Below are positions 9,502 through 18,055 of a stretch of DNA of 64,000 nt, piece after piece. The notes under the pieces are model-generated. The model made no database searches, had not been told where the DNA came from, and saw only the letters and a list, made by a program, of their open reading frames with translations. The stretch is from a virus. Within the stretch, counting starts at the first letter, position 1. Every line of letters begins with the position of its first letter. A program made the position numbers and the translations under genes. The stretch spans positions 1-64,000 of IMG/VR virus record IMGVR_UViG_3300037337_000032. The stretch is one strand, 5' to 3'.

Positions 9502-10512
9502 ATGCAAGAACGTAAATTAGCAACTATCCGAAAAATTGATGCAATTGATCCTATTGAGGGTGCAGATACAATTGAAGTAGCTACTGTAGATGGCTGGAAA
9601 GTTGTAGTAAAGAAGGGCGAATTTCCGTCTGATACTTATGCTATTTTCTGTGAAATTGATTCATGGATACCACATGAGCTTGCACCATTTCTAACTAAAG
9701 TGTATAAAGAACCACAAGTATTTGAGGGTATCAAAGGTGAAAGACTACGTACAATTAAATTACGTGGTCAAATTAGTCAAGGTCTTCTTCTTCATATTGG
9801 TTTTTTAGATGAATGGACAGTAGGGGATGATGTTACAGCGCGCTTTGGTATTATAAAGTGGGAACGGCCTATTAGCACACAGTTAGCTGGCATGGCACGA
9901 GGTAATTTTCCCCTAGAAGTACCAAAGACTTATCAAGAGCGGATTCAGAATTTGGGGCGTTCAGGTTCGTTTGAGCGTATTCAGGAAGATAATTGGAGCG
10001 TGACAGAAAAACTAGACGGTGCCTCATGTACGTTTTATTTGGACATAAATGCTGATTTTCATGTTTGTTCTCGCAATCTGGACTTAAAAGAAGATGAAAC
10101 AAATACATACTGGAGGTTAGCAAATAAGTTTAAGATTGAAGATATTATGCGTAGGAACTTTATGCTAGGTATCGCTATTCAAGGTGAGATGATTGGTTTA
10201 GGTATTCAAGGCAATCAGTATAAAAATAGCTTAGATTTCTATATTTACGATATTTATAATACAAAGATTAATCAATATCTCCTGCCTGTCCAACTTAAAG
10301 CAGCTTGTGCTAAACTTGGCTTGTCGCATGTACCTATTATATCTGAGAATACTACACTGCAGGCTACTACAATTGCACAACTAATCGAAGAAGCTGAAGG
10401 TAAATCTGTGCTTAACGGCAGTAGTCGTGAAGGTCTAGTATATAAAAGTAACACAGTACATGATCGTTCTTGGAAATGCGTTAGCAATTCTTGGTTACTT
10501 AAAAATGAATAG
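9502..10512 (+). CDS. RNA ligase, DRB0094/Rnl2-like family
   Basis: RKLA.I..I..I.PIEGAD.IE N-domain, TEKLDGAS, QGE..G.GIQGN, REGLV; ATG 9502 after AAGGA. Confidence 0.88.
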   Translation: MQERKLATIRKIDAIDPIEGADTIEVATVDGWKVVVKKGEFPSDTYAIFCEIDSWIPHELAPFLTKVYKEPQVFEGIKGERLRTIKLRGQISQGLLLHIGFLDEWTVGDDVTARFGIIKWERPISTQLAGMARGNFPLEVPKTYQERIQNLGRSGSFERIQEDNWSVTEKLDGASCTFYLDINADFHVCSRNLDLKEDETNTYWRLANKFKIEDIMRRNFMLGIAIQGEMIGLGIQGNQYKNSLDFYIYDIYNTKINQYLLPVQLKAACAKLGLSHVPIISENTTLQATTIAQLIEEAEGKSVLNGSSREGLVYKSNTVHDRSWKCVSNSWLLKNE

Positions 10513-10520
10513 GAGTTAGT

Positions 10521-12242
10521 TTGGCTGCATTTATTAGACACACAAGTTGCCCCAAGTGTAATAGCAAAGATAATCTTGCTGTTTACGCTGATGGTAGTTA
10601 TTTTTGCTTTAGTTACTGTGGGTATAAATCGGTAAGCGAAGATTTCAAAGAAGCAAATAAAAAGAGTATTATTAAAGTTCGCTCTAGCATTAAAAAGGAA
10701 ATAGAAAATATGGAAGTTAAACCTAGTAGTAAACCTGCAATGACACCAGAAGAAAATGCAGAAATTAAATCTGAAACTTCTGTTAAGGCAAAAGGCTTTA
10801 GGGGTATTTCTGATGGCACATATTCAAAATTTGGTGTTCGTCATGCATTTGCAGAAGATACTGGAAAGGTAATTGAACAATACTATCCTTGTACTCAAGA
10901 TGGACAGCTCGTTGGATATAAGGTTCGTGAAGTGCCTAAAAACTTCTACTCAAGGGGTCGAACAGGAGCAGACTGTGAATTATTCATGCAGTTCAGGTTC
11001 AATCGTGGTGGTAAGTATGTAGTCATTACAGAAGGTGAAGTTGATGCTTTATCTGCATACGATATGTTATCTGATTACAATAAGAGTAAAGGATGGGATT
11101 TTGAAACTGCTGTTGTTTCTCCTACTACTGGAGCTGGTTCATATAAACAGATTGCAGGTCAGTATAAGTTCTTTGATTCTTTCGATAACATTATTATTGC
11201 ATACGATAATGACAAGGCAGGACAAAAGGCAACAGATCGACTTCTTAAAGTACTACCAAAAGGAAAAGTAAAGATTATGCCTATGCGTTTTAAAGACGCT
11301 AACGAATATTTAGATCAAAACGCATCTTCTTCTTTTGTGAGTGATTTCTATAGTGCTAAAAAGCAAGTACCTGTTGGTGTTCTTGCTTCTAGTAAGTTAT
11401 ACGAACGAATCATGGGTCAGTCTGCAGTATCTAAGATCCCTTTTCCTCCTTTTATGCAGAAGCTTAACGAGTTGTTTGTAGGTGGTATGCCATTAGGACA
11501 CATTGTAAATATTGCTGCAGATACAGGCGTGGGTAAAACAACTCTCGTAAATGAATTAATTTATTATTGGATTTTTAATTCACCGCATACTGTAGGGATT
11601 GTTTCAATGGAATTAGATGCAGGGCAGTATGGTGAAGTATTATTGTCTAGGCACTTAGAAAGAAAGATTGCTCTTATTGAAAGTCAAGAAGAAAAGATCG
11701 CCTATCTCAGTAGTCCGCATGTAGTTGAAAAGGCCAGAGAACTTACAATTAAAGAAGATGGAGACTCTCGCTTTTATCTTTTAGATAATCGTGACGGTAC
11801 AATTGAAGAGATCCAGGATACGGTTGAAGAACTTGTGTCTGCTTGTGGGGCTAAGGTAATTGTTTTAGATCCACTACAGGACATCCTAGACGGCCTGAGT
11901 AACGAAGAGCAAGCGGACTTTATGAAGTGGGCCAAAGGCTTTATCAAAAGTCACGGAATTACTTTCATCTTCATCAATCACATGCGAAAGACACCTGCAG
12001 GTCAAAATGGAGCAGATAGTGAGCAAAACATTATGGGGTCCAGTACAATTATTAAATCATCATCTGCAAATATTCTGCTTAAACGGGATAAGATGTCTGA
12101 AAGTGAAATTTTAAGAAATAGCACAGATATTATTGTTACTAAGAACCGTATCTGTGGTCTTACTGGTTCCGCTGGCTCTATTTACTACGACAATGCTACA
12201 CATACACTGCATAGCCTAGAGGAATGGCTAAGTAGTCACTGA
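10521..12242 (+). CDS. DNA primase-helicase (T7 gp4/Twinkle-like)
   Basis: CPKC zinc finger, TEGEVDAL and YDNDKAG TOPRIM, ADTGVGKTT Walker A, KNR..G.TG. Confidence 0.93.
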   Translation: MAAFIRHTSCPKCNSKDNLAVYADGSYFCFSYCGYKSVSEDFKEANKKSIIKVRSSIKKEIENMEVKPSSKPAMTPEENAEIKSETSVKAKGFRGISDGTYSKFGVRHAFAEDTGKVIEQYYPCTQDGQLVGYKVREVPKNFYSRGRTGADCELFMQFRFNRGGKYVVITEGEVDALSAYDMLSDYNKSKGWDFETAVVSPTTGAGSYKQIAGQYKFFDSFDNIIIAYDNDKAGQKATDRLLKVLPKGKVKIMPMRFKDANEYLDQNASSSFVSDFYSAKKQVPVGVLASSKLYERIMGQSAVSKIPFPPFMQKLNELFVGGMPLGHIVNIAADTGVGKTTLVNELIYYWIFNSPHTVGIVSMELDAGQYGEVLLSRHLERKIALIESQEEKIAYLSSPHVVEKARELTIKEDGDSRFYLLDNRDGTIEEIQDTVEELVSACGAKVIVLDPLQDILDGLSNEEQADFMKWAKGFIKSHGITFIFINHMRKTPAGQNGADSEQNIMGSSTIIKSSSANILLKRDKMSESEILRNSTDIIVTKNRICGLTGSAGSIYYDNATHTLHSLEEWLSSH

Positions 12243-12252
12243 TAGTTGACTT

Positions 12253-12292
12253 AAGACCTAAAGTTGTGATAGACTTTGGGTCTTGTTTATTT
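12253..12292 (+). terminator. Hairpin (terminator or regulatory) between helicase and polA
   Basis: AAGACCTAAAGT/ACTTTGGGTCTT stem followed by GTTTATTT; overlaps TTGACT...TAGACT promoter-like sequence. Confidence 0.5.
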
Positions 12293-12303
12293 GGAAGGAA
12301 CAC

Positions 12304-14601
12304 ATGCGTTACATCATTGACATCGAGAGTACAAACCTACTACAAAATGGTTTAGATTACTCTTCTATGCCTTACACTTTAAAACCAGATTATAAAGTTT
12401 GGTGCGTAGTTGTGCGTAACATTGACACAAATGAAGTGCAATCGCTAGTAAAAGAAGAGATCACTTACAAGAATTTGAGCAGTATTTTAGAGGATTGTAC
12501 GGAGCTTATCGGGCATAATATTGTAGCTTTTGACTTACCTGTTCTTATGCTCTATGGTGCATTAGACTATAGCGTAGGGTATCCAGATCAGAGTAGTACA
12601 CTCTTTGGTAAACCTGTAACTATTACAGATACACTTCTGTGGTCAAAACTTTTAAATGCAGATAGACTTGGAGGTCATAGTCTAGATGCCTGGGGTAAAC
12701 GTTTAGGAAATACAAAGGCGCACTTTAAGGAATGGGATCGTTTCTCTCAAGAAATGCTAGACTATTGCATTCAAGACACTAGCGTAAACCATTCAGTACT
12801 TACTGAAATTATTAAAGAGCAAGGTAAGACTGCTTGGAAAAGACCGTATAGTATGGAGGTAAAACTAACCGACCTTACTCTACGACAGGAACTCTTTGGT
12901 TTTGACTTTAACGTAGAACTGGCACATAAAAACGTAGCTGAACTATCTGGTTTTATGCAGGGTATTGCAAAGACCGTTGATCCTCTATTACCTAAGAAAC
13001 GCATGACACAAGGCAACGCAAGTTTCTACCAGTTACCAAAGATCCGTTTCAAAAAGAATGGCGAAGTATCGTCTAATCTCATTAAGTTCTGTGAAAAGCT
13101 GGGTGCTGTACTATCAGAAGACCACCAAACTATTTTATATGATAATAAAGCATTTCCTATAACCACAGAAGTACCTCTAAAAAGTGAAGAGGAAGCAGAT
13201 ATTGAAGATATCGATGTAGTTAAGAGTTATTTACTAACACTGGGTTGGATTCCGTCAGAAGTAAAAGAGCGTGATATCGTAAAGAAAACAGATAAAAGTC
13301 TAAGAGATTATGATGGTATCATTGAAGCGATTGATAGGTATGTAAAGCAAACAGAGAACTCTGTATTTCGTGAGTTGCGCTTAGACTTCTTAGGTGTACG
13401 CATGGACAATCTTCGTGCATTTCTTATCAAGAAGATTAACGGTACAAAACCTATTTACTTACCAACTACACCTAAACTAACTGTAGGATTAGAAAAAGAG
13501 ATATGCCCTAATCTTATTGCACTTGGTGAAAAAGGTGATTTCGTAAAAGATGTAGTGCATTATTATACCTACAGGCATCGAAAGAACTCTATCTCTGGTG
13601 GTGCATTAGATGAAGATGGCGAGCCTATGACTGGTTTTCTAAGCGCAGTACGCGAAGATGGTCGTATACCTACACCTGCAGATACTTTAGGTGCAAACAC
13701 TGGGAGATACCGCCATAAGATTGTCTGTAATGTACCAAGGGTTACTTCTTTGTACGGGGAACAGATGCGTAGTTTATTTGGGAGTGGTAAAGGCTTGTGG
13801 CAACTTGGGTATGACTTTGCTTCACTAGAAGCTAGGGTTATGGGACACTATGTACTTCCTTATACTGATGGTGTAAATCTTGCAGATGCACTAGTCGCAG
13901 AAAAACCTAATGATATTCACAGTATTAATGCAGGTAAACTAGGTATTGATCGTACATCTGCCAAAAGTTTTTCATATGCAGCCATTTACGGCGCTCAACC
14001 TAAAAAACTATCTAAGATGCTAGGCATCAGCGAAGCAGAGGGTCAAGCGTTATTTAAAGACTATTGGGATGCTGTACCTGCACTGAAGGAATTAAAAGAA
14101 CGTGTAGAACAAAGATGGGAAGCAAGTGGCAAGAAAAGCATTCCGGGTATTGACGGTAGGTTGCTATCAACCCGAAGTAAGCACAGTCTTATTAATGTAC
14201 TGTTTCAATCTGGTGGTGCTATTGCAGCTAAGTGGTCTGCTGTGCGTCTAGCTCAAGCAATGGAAGATGAGGGTATTTTAGGTGATCCTTTTAAGCACAG
14301 TAAAAAAGATGTTAAAGTCTGGTGGTTGATCCACATGCACGATGAACAACAGATGGCATGTCATCCGAGCCTACTAAAGATTAAATCTTTTGAGTCTGAA
14401 GAAGAAGCTAAAGAATTTTGCAAGTTAAATGCAGGTTGTAGTGCTATCGGTCACGGTTCAAAGGGTGCTTACGTAGGTTTGAAGACCTTACCCGTAGATT
14501 GCATTGAGAAAGGTATCAAACAAGCTTGCAATGAATTGAAACTCCGTGTAGACTTAGGCTTTGAATACATCCCCGGTGCAAATTGGGGGCAATGCCACTA
14601 A
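12304..14601 (+). CDS. polA: DNA polymerase, family A, with 3'-5' exonuclease
   Basis: DIE ExoI, GHNIVAFD, YCIQD, DFASLEAR motif A, AKSFSYAAIYG motif B, HDE motif C; ATG 12304 after GGAAGGA. Confidence 0.95.
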   Translation: MRYIIDIESTNLLQNGLDYSSMPYTLKPDYKVWCVVVRNIDTNEVQSLVKEEITYKNLSSILEDCTELIGHNIVAFDLPVLMLYGALDYSVGYPDQSSTLFGKPVTITDTLLWSKLLNADRLGGHSLDAWGKRLGNTKAHFKEWDRFSQEMLDYCIQDTSVNHSVLTEIIKEQGKTAWKRPYSMEVKLTDLTLRQELFGFDFNVELAHKNVAELSGFMQGIAKTVDPLLPKKRMTQGNASFYQLPKIRFKKNGEVSSNLIKFCEKLGAVLSEDHQTILYDNKAFPITTEVPLKSEEEADIEDIDVVKSYLLTLGWIPSEVKERDIVKKTDKSLRDYDGIIEAIDRYVKQTENSVFRELRLDFLGVRMDNLRAFLIKKINGTKPIYLPTTPKLTVGLEKEICPNLIALGEKGDFVKDVVHYYTYRHRKNSISGGALDEDGEPMTGFLSAVREDGRIPTPADTLGANTGRYRHKIVCNVPRVTSLYGEQMRSLFGSGKGLWQLGYDFASLEARVMGHYVLPYTDGVNLADALVAEKPNDIHSINAGKLGIDRTSAKSFSYAAIYGAQPKKLSKMLGISEAEGQALFKDYWDAVPALKELKERVEQRWEASGKKSIPGIDGRLLSTRSKHSLINVLFQSGGAIAAKWSAVRLAQAMEDEGILGDPFKHSKKDVKVWWLIHMHDEQQMACHPSLLKIKSFESEEEAKEFCKLNAGCSAIGHGSKGAYVGLKTLPVDCIEKGIKQACNELKLRVDLGFEYIPGANWGQCH

Positions 14602-14782
14602 CGTAAACGCAGCAATGCTACAATGCAGGAGGACATGACTTACACCTACAAATACAATGAAGAATATGGTACACTACAGCAAATAGACGAAAATAGTGTA
14701 CTAAAATCTAGCCTGAGTATGCCAAAGAGTGATCTAAATAGCATTGCTCAGTTGAACATAAAAGAAAATATTTTACGTAAAG

Positions 14783-14812
14783 TTGCCACAGATGTGAAAA
14801 TTATTGTATAAT
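14783..14812 (+). promoter_or_regulatory. Sigma70-like promoter for the tRNA/ncRNA cluster
   Basis: TTGCCA-18 nt-TATAAT directly upstream of the RNA cluster. Confidence 0.55.
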
Positions 14813-14888
14813 CTCTTTAGTTGGCTTGATCACCAACAACTCAGAGCTGAGATTGAGCTACTATCGGGTGCAAAGCCCGTCCAAATCT

Positions 14889-14963
14889 ACGGTGTTCGTT
14901 CAAAGGATAGGACAAGATTCTTCTAAAATCTTAATAGAGGTTCGATTCCTCTACGCCGTACCA
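14889..14963 (+). tRNA. tRNA-Arg(UCU)
   Basis: ACGGTGT/ACGCCGT acceptor, AGATT-CT TCT AA-AATCT anticodon arm, AGAGG-TTCGATT-CCTCT T arm, encoded CCA. Confidence 0.92.
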
Positions 14964-14968
14964 GTTAT

Positions 14969-15069
14969 GCAACTGTAGCTCAGTGGTAGAGCAGGAACCG
15001 ACTCATGGCGAAGGGCCAAATGCAGTCGGGTAAACTAAGCCGTTGGTTCGAGTCCAACCAGTTGCACCA
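14969..15069 (+). ncRNA. tRNA-like RNA (101 nt) with canonical acceptor, D and T arms but an extended non-canonical anticodon arm
   Basis: GCAACTG/CAGTTGC-A-CCA, GCTC-AGTGGTA-GAGC, GTTGG-TTCGAGT-CCAAC; central CCGACT/AGTCGG long hairpin. Confidence 0.8.
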
Positions 15070-15076
15070 GTAAATT

Positions 15077-15228
15077 AGTCCCGGTAAGCCTGTTGCTTGT
15101 ATCCCTAAAGTTAGCGGCTCAAACCTCCGAAGCGGGTGCAATCCCCGTTAACCTCTAAGTGCAAACTTAGAATTGTAAAAATACAGTAGTGATTTGCGAT
15201 ACTACGTAGGATTTCTAGCATGAGGACT
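15077..15228 (+). ncRNA. Candidate multi-stem structured RNA
   Basis: AGTCC/GGACT closing stem with nested stems and T-loop-like hairpins; no ORF. Confidence 0.45.
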
Positions 15229-15304
15229 GTCGTCCAAAAAAGCGCAACGATAAATTTCTCTTACGTGCGCAAAAAGACACTATAATACTGCTTAGGGGCA
15301 GTTG

Positions 15305-15421
15305 TTATAGTTCAGTATATTTCAGGTTGGACAGTATTCGCGGTACTGTTATTTGGGATGGCGATTTAGTGTTTGTTCACTGAGGGGTACCATCTAAGAT
15401 ACGGAATATACTGAACTATAA
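15305..15421 (+). ncRNA. Candidate RNA closed by a 17-bp perfect terminal stem
   Basis: TTATAGTTCAGTATATT ... AATATACTGAACTATAA with internal hairpins. Confidence 0.5.
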
Positions 15422-15423
15422 TT

Positions 15424-15498
15424 GCGACAGTAGCTCAACGGAAGAGCAGGGTACTCATAATGCCTTGGTCGTGGGTTCAACTCCCACCTGTCGCACCA
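15424..15498 (+). tRNA. tRNA with CAU anticodon (elongator Met or Ile2)
   Basis: GCGACAG/CTGTCGC acceptor, GGGTA-CT CAT AA-TGCCT, GTGGG-TTCAACT-CCCAC, CCA. Confidence 0.92.
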
Positions 15499-15512
15499 AA
15501 TAAAGGAGTAGT

Positions 15513-16334
15513 ATGCAAAATTTATTGATAGGCTCTAGGGCTTTAGCCTATTGGAATAAAAACCTCCAGATAAGTTCTAATGCAGATTGGGACATAATTA
15601 GTGATAAGCCCATTGAAGGTGCTGAGTGGCACGACAGTAAGTTTCTAAACAATGCAGAGTTTGAACAATTTACGAATAGCAGCGATGTTATTGAATTTAA
15701 CAATAACAAGGTTAGTGTTGTAAATATTTTTGGCTTGTCGATTATTAAAAGAAGTCATCTATGGCGTAGTCTGAGTTTTCAAAAGCACATTACACATTAC
15801 CATAAATACCTGACAAATTTTAAACGCAAGCAATATAATTCATATATGGAACAAATATTGCAAGAACGTATTTTACTTACAATGCAAGCATATCCGCAAG
15901 CATATCCAAGGTTAAATAAAAGAGTAGATGAATTTTTTGACGACTATGTAACAAAAAAATATAATCACGACTATTTACACGAACTAGTCGCTTACTATGA
16001 TAAACCACTGTATACTCGTATGCAACACAATCCAGACAGAGCTTGGTGCGATAAAGATCTCTGGAATGATCTAGCACTGGAAGATAAAACAAAATGCATT
16101 GCTGAAGAAGTACAAGTAATTGCAATTGAAAGATTCATGGTGCCAAACGATTGGAAGTACTCTGTAAGACTTGCATATATAAAATCTTTAGATAAGGTAT
16201 GTACTACTCTGTGCAGTGGTTGGTTTCGTGATCACGCGATTGACTACTATCCAGAAGTTTTAGCTTTATGTGATACACTAAGAATTGCCAAGATTAGAAA
16301 GGAACTTGAACTTCAATATACTTACTTAATTTAA
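15513..16334 (+). CDS. Conserved phage protein with Pol-beta-type nucleotidyltransferase-like N-terminal motif
   Basis: LIGSRAL...ADWDII (hGS..DhD); C-terminal HDYLHE, L.KVCTTL.SGWFR. Confidence 0.6.
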   Translation: MQNLLIGSRALAYWNKNLQISSNADWDIISDKPIEGAEWHDSKFLNNAEFEQFTNSSDVIEFNNNKVSVVNIFGLSIIKRSHLWRSLSFQKHITHYHKYLTNFKRKQYNSYMEQILQERILLTMQAYPQAYPRLNKRVDEFFDDYVTKKYNHDYLHELVAYYDKPLYTRMQHNPDRAWCDKDLWNDLALEDKTKCIAEEVQVIAIERFMVPNDWKYSVRLAYIKSLDKVCTTLCSGWFRDHAIDYYPEVLALCDTLRIAKIRKELELQYTYLI

Positions 16335-16376
16335 ATGTCAATGTTTAATAAAATTTATACATAAAAAGGAAATATA

Positions 16377-16727
16377 ATGCTAAATAATAAAGTAACTGAA
16401 ATGCTAAATAACGCTGATAATAACGTTCTAAAAGAAATGTATGGTCGGGATTTTAATTGTAAATCTGATGCATACGATAGTGAAAATACTGCAGCTTTTA
16501 AGTTAAAATTAAGGGCTGAAAATATTGCTGTATTGTTAGAAGCTGAATATGGAGGCGAAGGTGAAGGAGAGGAATTCTGGACAGTGTACTCCTTTACTAG
16601 AGGACTTGAAGTAGTATTAATTAAGCTAGATGGTTATTACCTATCCTATGACGGCTGTACTTACAAACAATTCTACGAAGTCTATCCCAAGCAAAAATTT
16701 GTAACAGTATATGAACAGAGAGCTTGA
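16377..16727 (+). CDS. Hypothetical phage protein
   Basis: GGEGEGE..W.V..F......K.DGYY.SYDG pattern; AAGGA RBS. Confidence 0.65.
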   Translation: MLNNKVTEMLNNADNNVLKEMYGRDFNCKSDAYDSENTAAFKLKLRAENIAVLLEAEYGGEGEGEEFWTVYSFTRGLEVVLIKLDGYYLSYDGCTYKQFYEVYPKQKFVTVYEQRA

Positions 16728-16752
16728 CTTATTTTTGCAAATTTGTTATAAT
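16724..16752 (+). promoter_or_regulatory. Sigma70-like promoter
   Basis: TTGACT-17 nt-TATAAT. Confidence 0.7.
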
Positions 16753-16870
16753 TTAATTTACAATTAAGATTAATTGTACTAGTCCATCTAATATGGGCGG
16801 CTATTGACATTAACCGCTCTAATATGATCTAATATAGTCCGCAACCTAAACATCCTTGAAAGGGAAATAA

Positions 16871-17533
16871 ATGAACAAACTAACTGGAACTCTTCTTTAC
16901 GTGCAATTGAATAAACCAACAAAAGCTTTTTTTAAAGCAGGAGAGGATAAAAAACCAGACGAATGGAAAGCATCTGTAGCGATTGTAGATGAAGACATTA
17001 TCGATGAATTTGAAGACTATTGCAAAACTGTAGATGCAAAAGTATCTGTAAAGAAGGTAAAAAGTACAGAGTTCAAAGCTACTTATAAAGTAGATGCACC
17101 AGAAGGCGCAGGTAAAAATCTGTGGGTTGTTACTTTCCGTAAATCCACTGAGCTAGGAAAAACTGGCCGCGCTGTCCCCGATCAGTATAAGCCAAAAGTA
17201 TTCGAGAAGATTAAAGACATTTTAGTTGACGTAACAAATACGAAACTACCTGCAAATGGATCTATTGGTTCAATTAGTATTGATGAATTTACACGCGATA
17301 ATGGAACAAGTTCAATGTACTTAAAGAATGTTCTTGTTACTAAAATGATTGAATATGTACAGGAAGAGTCTGAAGTATATATTCCAGGTAACGAGTTTAG
17401 CGAAGAAGTCCACGAAGTAGCGGCAATTGAAAAGACCCAAGTAAAAAATAAACCTGTGACAACACCTGCGGTTAAAACTAAAGCTAAAGCTAAGGTTGAA
17501 ACCGAAGATTTTGATGATGATATCCCATTCTAA
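16871..17533 (+). CDS. Single-stranded DNA-binding protein
   Basis: Replication-module position, NGS motif, acidic tail EDFDDDIPF. Confidence 0.75.
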   Translation: MNKLTGTLLYVQLNKPTKAFFKAGEDKKPDEWKASVAIVDEDIIDEFEDYCKTVDAKVSVKKVKSTEFKATYKVDAPEGAGKNLWVVTFRKSTELGKTGRAVPDQYKPKVFEKIKDILVDVTNTKLPANGSIGSISIDEFTRDNGTSSMYLKNVLVTKMIEYVQEESEVYIPGNEFSEEVHEVAAIEKTQVKNKPVTTPAVKTKAKAKVETEDFDDDIPF

Positions 17534-17547
17534 TAGGAAAGTAAATA

Positions 17548-17745
17548 ATGAATAAACCTCTTATGAAAGTGTTAAGTATCCTACTTATAGTATTCCTGGT
17601 AATTCTATGTCTTATTTTTATACCTTTAATTACAATCTGGGCACTAAATACACTATTTCCTATTCTAGCCATCCCATATTCATTTTATAGCTGGTTAGCT
17701 GTAATTGTTATGAATGCAACGTGGATGTACAAACCTTCTTTTTAA
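17548..17745 (+). CDS. Small membrane protein
   Basis: Hydrophobic; IWALNTLFP.LAIPY...WLA pattern. Confidence 0.6.
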   Translation: MNKPLMKVLSILLIVFLVILCLIFIPLITIWALNTLFPILAIPYSFYSWLAVIVMNATWMYKPSF

Positions 17746-17756
17746 AAGGACTTAAT

Positions 17757-18005
17757 ATGCAAAATCAAAATACTACCCCAAGTACCCTTCAAAGTAAAGA
17801 AGCAATTGCTCGCCTAGTAAAGCTTTATACACAAGAACAATCTCTCGGTGAGGAAATCAAGGAAGTTAAAGATGCATGTAAAGCTGCAGGTTTTGATCCT
17901 TCTGTGCTAAGTGCAGTAGCTAAAGCTATCGTAAAAGATGGAGTAGATAAACTAGTAGAAAAATCAGAGCTTACTTTAGAAGCTGTTCTAGTAGCACGTA
18001 GCTAA
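17757..18005 (+). CDS. GapR/DsbA-like small dsDNA-binding protein
   Basis: RLVKL..QEQ.L.EEIKEV....KAAGFD pattern; ATG after AAGGA. Confidence 0.6.
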   Translation: MQNQNTTPSTLQSKEAIARLVKLYTQEQSLGEEIKEVKDACKAAGFDPSVLSAVAKAIVKDGVDKLVEKSELTLEAVLVARS

Positions 18006-18011
18006 CTTATT

Positions 18012-18045
18012 ACCCCTTCGGTCAAAAGCTGAAGGGTTTTTCTTT
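18012..18045 (+). terminator. Intrinsic terminator
   Basis: CCCTTCGG/CTGAAGGG stem followed by TTTTT. Confidence 0.7.
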
Positions 18046-18055
18046 AAGGAGAACT

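Noticed and set aside
14969-15069. tmRNA or tRNA-Sec
   Set aside because: Has a full D stem, no G3-U70 pair, no tag ORF, no UCA anticodon and a 7-bp acceptor
15305-15421. Complete retron
   Set aside because: No reverse transcriptase in the window; kept only as an unexplained RNA
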